A stretch of DNA of 62,907 bases, filler included, from Chiloscyllium plagiosum (Eukaryota): the NCBI RefSeq assembly GCF_004010195.1. It is 4 parts of one record of this genome, joined end to end, with 100 filler letters (N's around TTAATTAATTAA, not from the genome) between each part and the next. Parts side by side here need not be neighbours in the genome. Positions count along the whole stretch, not along the records: positions 59,291 to 62,907 come from NC_057713.1; 3 more parts are not named here. One strand, given 5' to 3'. The notes under the pieces were generated by a model. That model searched no databases. It was not told the DNA's origin and saw only the letters and a list, made by a program, of their open reading frames with translations. A program made the translations under genes and the position numbers. How positions within the stretch are numbered: the first letter of the stretch is position 1; each line of letters opens with the position of its first letter. Of this stretch, positions 62,370-62,907 are shown one piece after another.

Positions 62370-62907
62370 TATTTTTTTATCTCAAAACTATACTTCATAA
62401 ATATTTGATCTATACAATTGGACATGCCATCCTTCTGTAAACATTCCATTTCTTTGCGAATCGAAACAGGGTAATCATTCCTATTCACAGATTGGTGCGA
62501 TTTTTACATTGAGCTGAGGTGCCAGCGGAGCCCAAATGACTGTGTGGGCCCCCTGTTCTTCTTAGGCAGGCAGATGTTAGACGGTGGTCTTTCCCCACCG
62601 CGCCTTGGCGGCAGCTGCCCCAAGCTTCAGCGCGTCCCTCAACACGTAGTCCTGGACCATGGAATGTGCCAGTCTGCAACACTCAGTCGGGGTCAACTCC
62701 TTCAGCTGGAAGATCAGCAGGTTTCGGACCACCCAGAGAGCGTCCTTCACCGAGTTGATGATCCACCAGGCACAGTTGATGTTCGTCTCGGTGTGCCTCC
62801 CGGGGAACAGGCCGTTGAGCACGGAGTCCCGCGTCACGGCGCTGCTCGGGACGAACCTCGACAAACACCACTGCATTCCTCTCCAGACTCCCTCTGCATA
62901 GGCACAT
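62370..62907 (-). mobile_element. Tx1-clade LINE 3' end, same family as 36341
   Basis: ORF 62577-62876 nearly identical to 36551-36850; same 3' UTR; abuts the CR1 copy tail to tail. Confidence 0.88.

Overview
Repeat-dense vertebrate DNA, almost certainly from a cartilaginous fish (shark), judged by HE1/V-SINE-type and Deu-domain SINEs and HER1/CR1-type LINEs. It is a draft assembly with N gaps and three artificial 100-bp joiners (44N-TTAATTAATTAA-44N at 16978, 36949 and 59191), so the four segments may not be true neighbours. The only host gene I can recognise is coding exon 1 of a SMARCC2-like SWI/SNF subunit (7633-7758, +) in a CpG-rich promoter; I found no exon 2. The rest is decayed CR1 LINEs, tRNA-derived SINEs, Penelope-like elements, Tx1-clade LINE ends, possible LTR and Harbinger relics, and minisatellites of 39, 20, ~16, 32 and ~11 bp. 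Most long ORFs in the track are repeat or gap artefacts. Top leads: (1) a putative Tx1 5' end that starts exactly at U2 snRNA nucleotide 1 but lacks the branch-point recognition sequence (37049-37295, -); (2) Penelope termini with minimal hammerhead ribozymes that recur as short fold-back insertions, some with target-site duplications; (3) local templated duplications at insertion junctions. All family names come from recalled motifs, not database searches.
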